DNA of 64,000 bases from Eledone cirrhosa (lineage: Eukaryota): contig OZ024740.1 in the NCBI GenBank assembly GCA_964016885.1, forward strand, positions 254,324,001 to 254,388,000, in the 5' to 3' direction. The first letter of the stretch is position 1, and the number at the start of each line of letters is the position of its first letter. The notes under the pieces are model-generated. The model was given only the letters and a program-made list of their open reading frames with translations, was not told the DNA's origin and ran no database searches. The position numbers were made by a program, and so were the translations under genes. Below, in pieces: positions 11,794-25,664 of the stretch.

Positions 11794-14749
11794 GACTGTT
11801 GTCGCATATAGCCCTTAAAAGAACTGTTGAGGATGGACAGACGAAAGCACAAGTTGAAAGGACGAAGCAAGGCGAGATGTAAATTCGATCAGCTATTTAT
11901 TTTCACATGAAGCGACGATACGAGGTACAAGGCGTGTGAGTGACAAAGCGTGGCAGAGTAAAGGAACAACGATGCGCTAGCTGACTCTGCCAAAAGTCGA
12001 CTAGCGAAGTGTTTGGAACCACTCTATTTATACAGAAACAATCGTTTGATGTTTAGCCGATGTGTAGGCGTTTATTCTGGTAGGTTTTAAGGATTCTTTT
12101 GTTTCACATTGAAGTAGCTAGCTAACAGGTAGATGGCGCTGTATATTTCACAGGTGTTATTTCCGGTGGCTGTACATTATCTCCCTGCCAGATCTTTTGT
12201 ACAACAAAAGAGCGAAATATCGAATAGTAATGGGCCAGTGGTGCATTTGTTATGACAATAGCCCCAGGAGTGTCCAGCGCGTTGTGAAATTTTGTGATCA
12301 TCGAGTACAGGACAGAGTCGATGTAGAGATGATATGGCAAGATGTGTGTGTCAGGAAGAGAAAAAAGAAATAAACTATAAAATGATTTTGACCAGATTTA
12401 TGCAGGCGTGATGAATAAGCCTGTTGCAATTTGGGTTGAGCTGCCTGTGAATTGCGTGACAAAAAGTCTAACTGGGCAGTGAAGATAACCTTAATGCGTG
12501 AACTGAATGGCCGTAAGCATGCTGCCTAAAAGTAACAGTTTGCTCCACAGCATATGACTTGAGCGAATGCATGTGGTAAAAAAAATAGCGAGGCATTCTC
12601 GAGCTATTGAGTGAATGTGTACGTGAAAAAAGAAGGCCAGTGTTCTGAGGCTGCGATTTGTGAAATGCGTGATCAAAGAGAAAACATTTTGTAGTGTAAG
12701 AGTTAGAGGGACACAAATATCTATTGCTCAGTGTATGAACTAAAAGGTGAAACAAACGTGGTTTTGTAGTGTGCCTGAAAAACAGGATATGTACACGCCT
12801 TGTATGTATATAAAAGTTATGGCAATTACACAATCAATGTTACAGAACAAGAAAAATATTAATTTTTGCAAAACAAGAGAGTGAAGAAAAAAAAATGTTA
12901 TACACAATGATATACACAATGTTTGTTCTTAAATAGAGTTTGTAATAAATAATGTTCTTCGTGACATGAGCACATGGTCACTAAAAATTGCAATTGTTCA
13001 AGCAGAAAGTTCATTGTATTTGAAACTGGAAATAGTAAACACAAGAAAAATGGAAATGTTTTGCACGAAGAATGATTAAGAAACTCACTTGAGGTTAACG
13101 GTAATTTACATATTGTGCCAACTTTGCGGGCCAATGGACGCGTCGTCCACTTCTCGTGACTGGAGATGAAACAGGTGGCTCGCTGGGACAGCAATCTGTT
13201 GGAGTTTCTGGTGTAGAGACTGTAACAGTATCCATGATGGCTTTTTTTAATCTGTCCACGCTGACAGAATTCTAGATCGAGAATAAAATATTTCGGATAT
13301 TTTTTTCGAACACGATAAGGGCCAGAATATGGAGGTCGAAGATGAGCTGAGATGGTGTCGTTTCGAACGAAAACGTGTGTCCCATCATTAATGTCTGAAG
13401 GTACATCTGTGGCCGTGTTCTGTTGACGGGGGTGCTTGCAGGAGCAAGGTGAGACATATATTGTCGAAGACGGTGTACATATGATCCTGGGTCTGGAACA
13501 TCCTGAGGAGAGATGGGAGAAACCATCTGACCAGGTAGAACCAGGGTGGTGCCGTACACTAATTCTGCAGGTGTGTGTCCGAATTCCTCCTTAACGGTGG
13601 ATCGAATGCCCAGAAGGATGAGTGGTAGGTATTCAAACCAGTGTGTCTTGTCTGGATATGCTTTTATTGCAGCTTTCAATTGGCGATGGAATCTTTCCAC
13701 GAGACCATTAGCTTGCGAGTGATAAGCTGTCGTGCAGATGTGTTTACATCCTAACAGGCGAGTCAGTTCCCTGAAGAGGTGGGAGTCAAATTGGCGTCCT
13801 CTGTCCGTTGTTATCTTCGCTGGGGCGCCATAACGTGATACCCAGTGTAAAACCAAAGTTTTAGCGACTGTTTCCGCTGAGGTATCATTTATGGGAAAAG
13901 CCTCAGTCCAACGAGAAAATCGATCGATGAAGGTGAGCAAGTGTGTGTAGTTCTGTGATGGTGGTAGCGGTCCGACGATGTCGATATGCACATGATGAAA
14001 ACGTGCATCAGGTTGCGCGAATGTGCCGAGTGGAGTTTTGATGTGTCTGTGGACTTTGGCTTTCTGGCAGACAATGCAGCTCCTGGACCAGTCGCGCACG
14101 TCCTTGTTAATGTTAGTCCACACAAAACCAGCAGAGATGAGTTTCTGTGTAGCCCAGATTCCCGGGTGAGACAAGCAGTGTAAAGCAGAAAAAACTTGTC
14201 GACGATGCATCTGTGGTACGTACGGTCGTTCATGACCGGTAGAAAGGTCGCACCAAATTTGTCCCGGAGAAGAAGGAATGGGAACTTGCTGAAACTTGAG
14301 GGATGGCGAATCTCGGAGTTTGATAAACTCTTCGTCAGTCTCTTGGTCAGCTGCGATCTATTGAAGGTCGATGCCTGAATGCACATGTATTGCGTTCAGC
14401 TGGATTCGGGACAGGGCGTCGGCTGCTACGTTGTCTGATCCCTTGATATGCCGAATATCAGTTGAATATTGGGAGACAAAATCCAGGTGTCGGAGTTCCC
14501 TCGGTGAATGTCGATCAGGTTTGGTACGGAACGCATAAACTAGTGGTTTATGGTCCGTGTAGATCACGAAATCTGATCCTTCGAGCATGTGCCGAAAATG
14601 CTTACCCGAAAGATAGGTTGCCAAGAGTTCACGGCCAAAGGTACTGTATTCGTTTCTGCCTGTTGCAACCGCTTAGAAAAGAAGGATAAGGGTTGCCACA
14701 CGTCGTCGACATGTTGTAGAACGCCTCCAACCCCCGTGTCTGATGCGTC

Positions 14750-17700
14750 TTTAGGAGATTAGTATCGGTGTACATATAAAATTATTAGAAAAGACAATAA
14801 ATGCCGATGTGTGTTGTGACAATGTTTTTACTTCACAGAAGTCAAATTAATATAAATGAATCATTACCCGTGGATCACAACTCCTAGGCTGAAGTGTGTG
14901 GAGAAAAGGAGAGATCTTCTCTTGGAGGTGTTAACATCTTCTTAAGTTCTTAGGCTGCCGGTGGCATTCTTCTTGAGTGGCGAAGGAAAATGAGAGAGGA
15001 GTCATCTCATGATAAGGTCGCTGGTGTTGTTACCACTTTGGGATTCAGGAGGCGAGAGAGGGAGATCGTCCTAACCTGTTCCTTTTATAGGGTCCGACCG
15101 GAAGTGACCAACAGGGTTCTATCACCCCCAAAGGGAAGCAACTCCAGCTACTTCCTGTCTAGAGAGCGGTGATGAGATTGTCATGACAAGGGAGGCAACT
15201 CTTGCTACATTATCTCCCGCCAGATTTTTAAAACATAAAAATCGAATGAAACATGCATGGAGTAAGATGGCGAGTATGTAAGGGGCATGAAAATTATGAT
15301 ACAATGTAATCAAAGTAAGAGAAGAGGTCAAAGTTCAAATGTTCAAAATACAGTTCACATGTGTGCAATCACATGACAGCAGGAAAGAATGTGTTCCAGA
15401 GAATGAATGCAGGTGGTTTCTGGTCTGTGGTATAACGAGAAATTTCCAACTTCCGAAGATAATTTCTCACAGGAAGAGTGCTGCAGAAATAAATTCTCTG
15501 GCTTGTTCTGCTGGTTTTGGTTGTTGATGAAGCTGTGTTGTTGTCGTTGATGTTGTGAATGCGTTGACCTGGAATGGTCAAGAGGCCAGCAACCAGAGAA
15601 ATAAGCATTCTGAATAAATGTGCAGTTTTCAACGGCAAATTTACGTGGTCAATTTTTTAACCGGCAAATAGAAGAATATAGCTTGGTGGAAAGAATAAGT
15701 AATAGTTGAGATTCAGCGAAAATAAGTGTTCATGTCGAAATGTGTAAAAAAAAATATCAAATTTCTTTTAAAATGTTCGTTGTAAGAAGAAACGAAAAAC
15801 ATATATATACATCCAGTGAAATGGTAATGAGAGGTACATAGTAATACAATAAAGAAAGAAATAACAAGAATAGAAAAAAAAAATAAGGCTCCAGTGGCCA
15901 GTTCACATAAAAATAGTTTGGCAGAACTTTTTTGGCCAGTGGACTCTCCGACCGGAACGGGTCGTAGTCTTGTATGTAGGTGAAGGTGGGGCAGAAGGAG
16001 CAGGTGTATGCACAAGAGAGAAATATTGGGGTATTTGTGGCTCGGGTGTATGAGCGTCATTGTGTGCCCTTTTTAGTCTATCCACCGAAATTGTCTCTCT
16101 GGACCCCTTAACGTCTACAGTGAAATGTTTGTCAGTACGTGATAACACACGGTAGGGTCCAGAGTATGGTTGTGTGAGGGGTGGTCTCACAGCATCGTTC
16201 CTTACGAACACATGGGTCCACGAGGCAATATCCCTCGGGACCGCAGGGTTTACAGTTTGCTTCCTCGTATCCATCGGCGGCAGGTCCTGAAAATAAGAAC
16301 GCAGACGGGATACGTAGGAAAGCGGATCTTGGAAAGCAAGATCAACAGGGACAAGCATTTGCCCAGGCAACGCTAGAGGATCACCGTAAAGTAATTCGGC
16401 CGGGGAGAACCCAAGGTCCTCCTTTACTGATGACCGAATTCCTAACAACACAATAGGAAGGTACTCGCTCCAACTTTGAGAGTCTGGATAGGCGCGAAGA
16501 GCGGCCTTTAATTGGCGGTGGAATCGTTCCACCATTCCATTTGAAGCAAGATGATAGGCTGTGGTCCGAATCCGTTGAGCTCCAATTATCTTTGTGAGCT
16601 CAGAGAAGAGATGGGACTCGAATTGTCTACCACGGTCTGTGGTGAGTGTAGTTGGTACCCCAAAGCGGGTAATCCACCCTGATACCAGGGCACGTGCTAC
16701 AGTCTCAGCAGTCATGTCTTGTAAGGGGATGGCTTCAGGCCATCGCGAAAAACGATCGACACAGGTCAATATGTATGAATATCCACTGCTGAATGGCCAA
16801 GGTCCAACGAGGTCAATGTGTATGTGCTGAAACCGAGCATCAGTAGTACTGAAAGTACCAAGTGAAGTCCGGATGTGTCTATGGGTTTTCGATTTCTGGC
16901 AAGCGATGCAGGAACGGCACCAAGCAGCAATGTCGCGCCTCATATTTGGCCAGAAGAATCTGGCTGTTATGAGCTTTACTGTGGCAGCAGATCCTGGGTG
17001 AGAAATGTTGTGCAAAGCCAGGAACACAATTCGACGGTGAGTCTCAGGAACAAGTGGTCGTGGTGAATCCGTAGATACATCACATAGAATCTGCCTGTCG
17101 GTGGTGGACAAGGGCAGATATTTGAAAATGCAAGTCGCAAATTCAGCAGAAAGGGTGTCCAACGATTGGAGTGCAGGTTGGTCTGCAGCTAAACGTCGAT
17201 CTCCTGGGATGACGAGATGGAGCTGATTGGCAAACGTGACAATGCGTCTGCAGCTATGTTGTGCGAGCCGGCAATGTGTTGGATATCGTTTGTAAATTGT
17301 GAAACGTAGTCCAGGTGCCTTGTCTCTCTGGGCGAATATCTGTCGGCTTTGGCCCTCAAAGCGAAGGTCAACGGTTTGTGGTCGGTAAAACTGTAAAATT
17401 TATCCCCTCAAGAATATGAGAGAAATGTTTCACCGACAGATATATGGCTAATAATTCCCGCCCAAACGTGCTATAACGCGTTTCTGCTGGTTTCAACTTC
17501 CTCGAGAAAAATGCCAAAGGTTGTTGGTTTTCAGCGTAGGACTGCTGTAAAACTGCTCCCACAGCGGTATCAGATGCATCAACACAAAGCGAAAGCTTGG
17601 CCTCTGGTACAGGGTGGGCTAGCAAAGATGAACTAGCAAGTGCTGTCTTGGCAGTCTGGAAGTCTTTAAGCTGTCCTTATGTCAAGGAAATATCCTCATT

Positions 17701-20700
17701 CTTCTTACGACGATTTTTAAAAATGTCAGTAAGGGAAGATAGCAAATTAGCACAATGAGGAACGAAACGCCTATAGAAATTGATTAGGCCTAAGAAGTGA
17801 CGCAACTGGTGAAGTGTAGTAGGCGGAGGTAACTCCTGTATGGCTTGAACTCGCTGAGGGAGCGGCCTAATACCTTCGGCGTCGATGAGGTGGCCTAAAA
17901 AATTTAGGGAAGTAACCGAAAACACACTTTGCTGGATTCACACGAACACGGTAATCCTGAAGTCGCCGAAATAAGAGAAGCATGTGGCGCATATGCTCTT
18001 CCGGAGAGGAACTAGCGACGAGAATATCGTCTATGTAAGCATAAACGAAGTCCAGACCACGAGTGACCTCGTCTATGAACCGCTGAAAAGTGCTAGCGTC
18101 GTTCCTGAGTCCGAAAGGCATGGTCAAAAATTCGAAGGATCCGAAAGGGGTTGTAAACGCCGTTTTCGGAATATCCTCCTTCCTGACCGGAATTTGGTGG
18201 TAGGCTCGCACTAAATCTAACTTTGAAAAAATCTTACACCCCTGCAGTGAAGATGCAAAATCCTGGAGATGGGGAATAGGATACCTATCCGGGACGGTCA
18301 TGGCATTTAACCTCCTATAATCCCCAGTGGGTCTCCAGTCGCCGGAAGTCTTGGGCACCATGTGTAACGGTGAAGCCCAAGGACTCGTAGATGGGTGAAT
18401 AATGCCCAGCTGCAGCATATGGACGAACTCGGACCGTGCTGCCTTTAATTTTTCCGTCGGTAAGCGGCGTGGATGCGAAAACACTGGAGCACCGGTGGTG
18501 GAAACGAAATGTTCGGTCGAGTGTGTTGGCTCAGTGACTCGAAAATTTCCATCCGTGAGCTCCGGGAAAGAACCCAGCAACGAAGGGTAGGCGTCTCCAG
18601 CGGCAGCGATGAAGAATATGGGGCTGACTATTGGAGCATTGGCTTCCTGGCCATGAATTGAAAATCCGGTGATGTTATCCACCAGGCGTTGGCCACGGAC
18701 GTCCACAGTTAAAGAGAAGTTGTGTAGGAAATCCGCTCCTAAGATGGCGTATGGCAAATCGGCAACCGTAAAAATCCACTTAAAATCCCTACGAAGATTT
18801 AGGAATTTGAGAGGAAGCGAGATTTGCCCGTACGTCTTTATAGACGAGTGGTTAACTGCCTGCAGCGTAACAGATGACTCTATGGGGGTATCTTTCAGGC
18901 AATGGACTGGCAAAATACTACAGGAGGCTCCTGTATCCACGAGGAAACCTCTTCCCGACATTAGGTCCTTAATGAAGAAATGGCGGTTTGGTGGCTTTAT
19001 GTTGAGGTCAACTGTCCCCATCAGCGGACCTCTTAGGCGTTTCCCGCCTTATGAAAGGAGCAAGGTTGCACGCAGTGATTCGCGTTCTCAGCAAATCGCT
19101 CGTGGTACCAGCATAAAGATGAAGCTGGTGATTTAGAACGACGTCTAAAACTTTGCGATCTCCCGCGACTGCGGGGGCGCGAACGGGCACCACACAAGGC
19201 CTTCATCTTGTGGAGCTCTATGGTGAGCTCCTGAATGGACCTTTGCATCGCCATAATGGTTGAGCTGTCTATTGGCGCTGCCGCGTAGATCGCATGGCCG
19301 CGTGTGACCCGAACTGGGTGGGAACAGCGGCAAGGGGGTCGCTGCCTCCGGCATTCGTCACCTCGAAAACTTTGTCCGCAGATGAGGCAAGCTGATCCAC
19401 CGTGCTTGTATTCCTCATGGGGGCCAAAATTGCCTGTACGTTGGTCGGCAGGCGCGAGAAGAACAACTGCTTCAGCAGGGCAGTTTCCGCTACCGACCCC
19501 TCCGTTAGGTCCTTCATTCACCTTAGGAGGTTCGATGGGGTGCCAGCCCCTATATGCTCCAGATGGACCAAAGCCCTAAACCTTTTTTCTGAAGACTGTT
19601 CTGTCCGGCTGAGTATTTCAGCCTTCAGAGACGTGTACGTCGAGTCTGTGGGTGTCTCTAACACCAGGTCCTTAATCGCTGGGAGAATTGCCGGCGGAAT
19701 TGCACTAAGGACCAGAGGACGTTGTAGTTCCTCGTAAACTCTGTTCGCCTTGAAAAATGCTTCGAACTGGGCGAACCATAGCCTTACGTCGCCCGTGTAC
19801 GTTGGCAGAACAGAGTAAGAAGCCATTGGTATACCGTAGGCAATTTACCAAGAACAAAAAAAAATAATAATCGTCTCCGTTTGGAAAAATGTCTCCAACG
19901 CAACAGAAAAGGAAAACAAAATCGCTTATTTTTCTTAAACCACTGGACCGGAAAAATAATGCATCCGGGACAATATGCAAAGAAGTGATTAACTGAATGA
20001 TGTTATTACTAAGGTAAGGGCAAGGAACTTAAAACAAAATCCAACATGGCGGACGATTTCGCGCCCAAAATACTAATGATGGAGAAGAGAGCCTCCATCT
20101 TGTCTTCCTCAAAAAAAAAAGAAAAAAAAGGCAAAAACATTCATACAATTGCTGTTTGTTTGTGTGTCTATAACTGCAAGTGTTCGTTTTGTATTAAATT
20201 GTTGTTATTTTTTTCTTTTTCTTCTGTTTTTTTTTTCTATGTACACCTTGTACTATTTCCCATTTTTTTTTTAAAATCACGTCGGGGGTCACCACTTTAG
20301 GAGATTAGTATCGGTGTACATATAAAATTATTAGAAAAGACAATAAATGCCGATGTGTGTTGTGACAATGTTTTTACTTCACAGAAGTTAAATTAATATA
20401 AATGAATCATTACCCGTGGATCACAACTCCTAGGCTGAAGTGTGTGGAGAAAAGGAGAGATCTTCTCTTGGAGGTGTTAACATCTTCTTAGGTCCTTAGG
20501 CTGCCGGTGGCATTCTTCTTGAGTGGCGAAGGAAAATGAGAGAGGAGTCATCTCATGATAAGGTCGCTGGTGTTGTTACCACTTTGGGATTCAGGAGGCG
20601 AGAGAGGGAGATCGTCCTAACCTGTTCCTTTTATAGGGTCCGACCGGAAGTGACCAACAGGGTTCTATCACCCCCAAAGGGAAGCAACTCCAGCTACTTC

Positions 20701-20755
20701 CTGTCTAGAGAGCGGTGATGAGATTGTCATGACAAGGGAGGCAACTCTTGCTACA
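14750..20755 (-). mobile_element. Gypsy LTR retrotransposon B (CsRn1-type), full length but frameshifted, inserted in the RNase H of C
   Basis: 460-bp LTRs at 14750-15209 and 20296-20755 with about 3 differences. TSD CGTC; PBS TGGTGACCCCCGACGTGATT; gag 19826-19033 with CWYH...C...C; protease FLVDTGA and RT YIDD (17867-19021); RNase H DAS; integrase 15903-17162 ending [10 protein letters not shown]. Confidence 0.95.
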
Positions 20756-23169
20756 CGTCCACTAGCAGCGAAAGAGGAGCGCCAGACCTGGGGAAAACGA
20801 GCATGGAAGCGTTTGCCAACATTTCCTTCAGGCGGTTAAAAGCTGTTAATTCTTCCTCGTTTAGAGTGATCTCTTCGTTTTTGCGAGTCCGGTTACGAAG
20901 AAGGTCCGTGAGGAGTCTGGCTGCGTCGGAACAATGGGGGATAAAACGCCTATAAAAATTCACCAGACCGAGGAATTCACGCAGTTTCCGAAGTGATGTA
21001 GGTGCGGGAAAACTGCGGATAGCTTCTACTTTCTCGGGAAGTGGACGAATGCCGTCTTTATCGATGATGTGCCCTAGAAAGGACAGTGAAGGAACGCCGC
21101 TTGCTGGGGTTGATGATGCTACCGTACTCAGCTAAACGTTGGAAAAGGAGATCTAAGTGCTTCTCGTGTTCCTGCTCGGAAGTACTTGCTACCAGCACGT
21201 CGTCAATATACGCATATACGAAGGGTAGATCGCGTAACACGGTGTCAATAAACCGTTGAAAAGTTTGTACAGCGTTGCGCAGACCGAACGGCATTCGCAG
21301 GAATTCGAATAAACCGAACGGTGTTGTGATTGCGGTCTTCGGAATGTCTGCAGGCTCCATAGGTATCTGGTTATATGCACGCACCAAATCTACCTTGGAA
21401 AAGATGCGTGCGCCTTGCAGAGAGGCAGAAAAATCGTGCAGGTGAGGAACAGGGTAATTATCGGGCACTGTAGAAATGTTAAGTGCACGATAATCCCCAC
21501 ATGGTCGCCAATCATTCTCGTTTTTTTTTGGAACAAGGGTGCAGACCAGTTGCTGGAGGAAGGGCGTATGATTCCGAGGTCCAGCATGTGTTGGAACTCC
21601 TGCTTGGCGATTCTCAATCGGTCTAGAGGCAGTCTCCTTGGTCGGGCAGCTGTGGGTGGTCCCTTTGTCTCGATGTGGTGCGTGACACTATGCTTAATAG
21701 GACCATCCTTAAATACCGGGCGAGTGATGTCTGGGTATTTCTGGAGAATGCCGTTGTACCGCGAAGGCTCTGACTGGCAAATTACAGGGCTCACTGTGGT
21801 TTGCGTCGTAAATATAACTCTCACAGTGAGGTTTGTGGTGGTGTCAATAAGCCTCCGGTTCTTCATATCCACCAGAAGGTTGAAGTGGTGGAGAAAATCG
21901 GCTCCTAGGATCGGGGTCGGCAGGTCTGCCACGACGAACACCCATTGAAAACGCCGCCTCAGGCCTAAATTGAGGGTCAGGGATTTTTCCCCAAAAGTCG
22001 GAATTGACGATTGGTTCACTGCCTGCAGAAAGGACGGGGTTGGGTGTCTTTTGCCCGAGATTAGTGAAACAGGAATAACACTAACCTGGGCTCCTGTATC
22101 CACGAGGTAACGGATGCCTGTCGCTTGGTCGTTAATAAAAAATAGACAACTTTTCTTTTCAGTACCAGGGGTGAACGTCGTCGCCAGGCCCTGGGTGGCA
22201 TTCCGGAAAGAGCACGGAGCTTTGCACTTAGATGCCTGTGCGCCGAAATTTGTGTGATACCAGCAGAGGTTGCCAGGCACACGATTTTGACTGGGACTAC
22301 TGGATCTTCGACTGTGAAAAGGCCTGGATCGATTGTTGCTGCGTTGCCGGTGTGTTTGAAAGGTCAGGTTCTCTACTTGATTTGAGAGGGCTTTAATTTG
22401 ACCAGCCCGCTCTCTGATCATAGCCCGCAGCTCTGAAATCTCGACCTCTGTCGTTGGTTGCATGTCCATGTTGGTATTTTCTTAGGTGTTGTCTGGTTGC
22501 GCGTTCGACTCACGTTCGGGTCACCAATTGTGGCGACGTGGTTAGTCAGTCTAGTCACTACTTCTGATCAGATCCGAGAATAGCCCTTAGAAGGACTCTT
22601 ATCGCATACGGTCTGATCAGATCTGAAGATAGCCCTTAAAAGGACTGTTGTCGCATATAGCCCTTAAAAGAACTGTTGAGGATGGACAGACGAAAGCACA
22701 AGTTGAAAGGACAAAGCAAGGCGAGATGTAAATTCGATCAGCTATTTATTTTCACATGAAGCGACGATACGAGGTACAAGGCGTGTGAGTGACAAAGCGT
22801 GGCAGAGTAAAGGAACAACGATGCGCTAGCTGACTCTGCCAAAAGTCGACTAGCGAAGTGTTTGGAACCACTCTATTTATACAGAAACAATCGTTTGATG
22901 TTTAGCCGATGTGTAGGCGTTTATTCTGGTAGGTTTTAAGGGTTCTTTTGTTTCACGTTGAAGTACCTAGCTAACAGGTAGATGGCGCTGTATATTTCAC
23001 AGATGTTATTTCCGGTGGTTGTACACATGTTGGCACTGACAACCTAACATAGAAAGGAGTGATTGGAAGGAATGGCGACGCCGATCTAAATACGAATGGA
23101 GAGGCCTTACTAGACTTCTGTTCTAGTAATGGGCTTTCCATTATGAACCATTCCCAGCACAGAAACATC

Positions 23170-23872
23170 TGTAGTGATGGGGTCACTATTATGTAGTGGA
23201 TAGATGTATTCTTTTAAGGATGAATAATAAAATGAATGATGCCAGAATTGTGATGTTAACAATGTTTATTTTACAAAAATCACTTGTTGGTACATTGACT
23301 ATCGAGTAACGAAATTGTAACGGCAATTATCACTACATTATTTGCTGACTAGCCACTTCGAGCTAGCGTGTGTGCATGTATCAATAAAACGATACAATAG
23401 AAGTGAAATAACAGGAATCCGAAAGAGTAGGGGAAAATATAAGTAAACCTACTGTGTATGTGTGTGTGTGTGTGTGTCTATCCTGTAGTTGGTCAATCTG
23501 CCGAGCTGGTATGAAATGTGAGAGCCTGTAAGGCCAGGAGAGAGTGTAAAAGGTCTGTAGATAGTGAATGGCTACATCGTTAATCTCTCACAAACTGCTG
23601 CTTCGTGTCTCTCTGCTGGACTCACTAAGTACTTGTATTTATAATAACCCTATAGCTAGAAGGATGTGTATATGAGTTGATTTAGGAGTAGCCACGTGTG
23701 TTTCATCTGACAAGAAGCTGGGGTCACAGGTCAAGTGGTATATACGTTTATCATAGTTGTTTCTTGACAGGACAATGGCGGGAACTCCCAACAATAGGTG
23801 GCTTTAGAGGTGAGAACCCTCAGATTCGGTTTCGAATCTTCGCCAAGTAAAACATAGGAGTATTTCGTTACA
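23170..23872 (-). mobile_element. Solo LTR E (703 bp)
   Basis: TGTAG...TTACA termini with CATC/CATT flanks, interrupting the RTE D reading frame. TATA and AATAAA-like motifs on the minus strand. Shares CTCAGATTCGGTTTCRAATCTTCGCC with F. Confidence 0.8.
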
Positions 23873-25664
23873 CATTCATAAATGTACATGGTATAAGGGG
23901 AATCAGGGACAGAAATCAATAATTGATTTTGTAATTGTCCCTGATCTCTTTGATTCTGTGCTGGATGTCGTGTTAAGAGAGGGGCTGAGCTGTCAACTGA
24001 TCACTATCTAGTTATCTGCAACTGAGACTACCTAAAGCCAAAGTAGCCCACAAAACTGGCAGGTCCAGAGCGACCTATAGGATAAAGTTGGAAGTACTGG
24101 TGGATAACGAAGTCAGGCCCAGGTATGCAGATACTATTGCATCCAAATTCAGAGAACTCCCTGAGTAAACTGAGGACATTGAGACGGAATAGAGATTATT
24201 CAGCGCAGCAGTTTCTGCTTCAGCTGTTAAATGCTACGGGCGAAAGAGGCTTGGTGTGGCGCCGAATGATAGGAAGACTTCTTGGTTCAATTAGGAGGTC
24301 AAAGATTCCATCCGAGCAAAGAAGGAGGCTTACAAAGCTTGGGTTGGAAATAAGTCCTCCTTGCACTCGCGGTACAACCAAGCACGAAAAATCGCAGCAG
24401 AGATAGTTAGGGCGACCAAAGGGAGGACTTTGGCGTTAAGCAGGAATCTGACTTCAGATCAGCAAATAAAGTTTTCTGGCAGACAATCCGCCGACTTCGT
24501 AATATGAAGTCCTCCCCACACCTGCTATCAAGAACATGTTAGGGGTTCTCCTCTCTTCAGAGCGATGCAACCTCGCGAGTTGAAGAGAATTCTTTGCTGA
24601 TCTTCCAAACCCGATCACAACAGCATCCTCGGATATGCATGAGGTGCATCTGGGAGCGGTGACTAATCTCTCAGAGGCTGAGGTCGCAAAAGCAGTTAAA
24701 GAGCACAAATGTAGCAAAGCCGCTGGGAAATGAAATCTGGCCCGAGATGTAAAGAGCCTTAAATAGAGAAGGTATTTACTGGTTAACTCGAATGTGCCGG
24801 GTGGCTGAATCTCTGGAAGGGCACCTTAGCAATGGTAATCGGGAGTAATAATCCCGATTTTGAATAGGGGAGACAAGAGAGATTGTTCCAATTACAGAAA
24901 GATCTTGTTTAGCCTCCCCGGTAAAGTCTATACTAAGTGTCTGGCAAAGAGATGCAGAGAGATTATTGGGTCCAAGCTAGCTGATGAACAATGTGGTTTT
25001 CATCCGGGACGCAGCACAGACGATCAAATATTCACACTGCGGCAGGTATTCGAGAATTCGTGGGAGTATTGCCAAGATGTATATTCTTGTTTTGTCGATT
25101 TTGACAGAAGCTGATCTTCGATTTGCACTTGATAAATTTGATGTCGAGTGCGAATACAAGCGGCCGAAATGGGATTCCCCCGAAGGGTCTGTAGCGAATA
25201 ATCCAGCTGTAACGGATAAGTGGATAGATGGAATTGTTGGTATAATGGTTTCAATGCAAAGAATAATACCAGGATTGTGTTGTTACAAAGTTTATTTTAT
25301 TATAACAATATTCAATTTGAATATTGAATTATAAAATCTATAACATGAAATATTCGTACAATAATTTGGTGGCTCTTCGAGCCACGTAAATACAAGTATC
25401 ACAGAATACGATTATAATATAATTTGTATTGTATCTGAAAGATACAATCTGACAAACAGAAATGCTGTGTGTGAAATGAAAACAGTGTGAACTTACTATG
25501 TGTGCGTGTGTGCGTATTAGTATACTTTCTTGTTTTAGCAGTAGTAATCACTCAGCCCGGCGGGAATGGTGTGTGAGAAATTAGTAGACAGACGTTTTCG
25601 TGACTAGAGCGTGTAAATGCGACCTGTCTTGTCTGTAGTCCCACTTTTTCTCCGGGGCGTAAAC

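Larger units (their letters stand above)
9684..23025 (-). mobile_element. Gypsy LTR retrotransposon C (CsRn1-type), defective, hosting elements A and B
   Basis: 497-bp LTRs at 22529-23025 and 9684-12176 (the latter split by A). tRNA-Trp PBS 22495-22526; CHCC gag motif CWYHTNFGAQASKCKAPC; protease LVDTGA; RT YIDD (21058-21468); RNase H split by B; integrase 13272-14210; PPT TCTGGCAGGGAGATAA. Gag N-terminus apparently missing. TSD ambiguous (CACA or CATG overlapping the termini). Confidence 0.92.

Noticed and set aside
22495-22526. tRNA-Trp gene (also 10129-10160 and 20275-20294)
   Set aside because: Only the 3' portion is present, it includes encoded CCA, and it abuts an LTR, so these are primer-binding sites.
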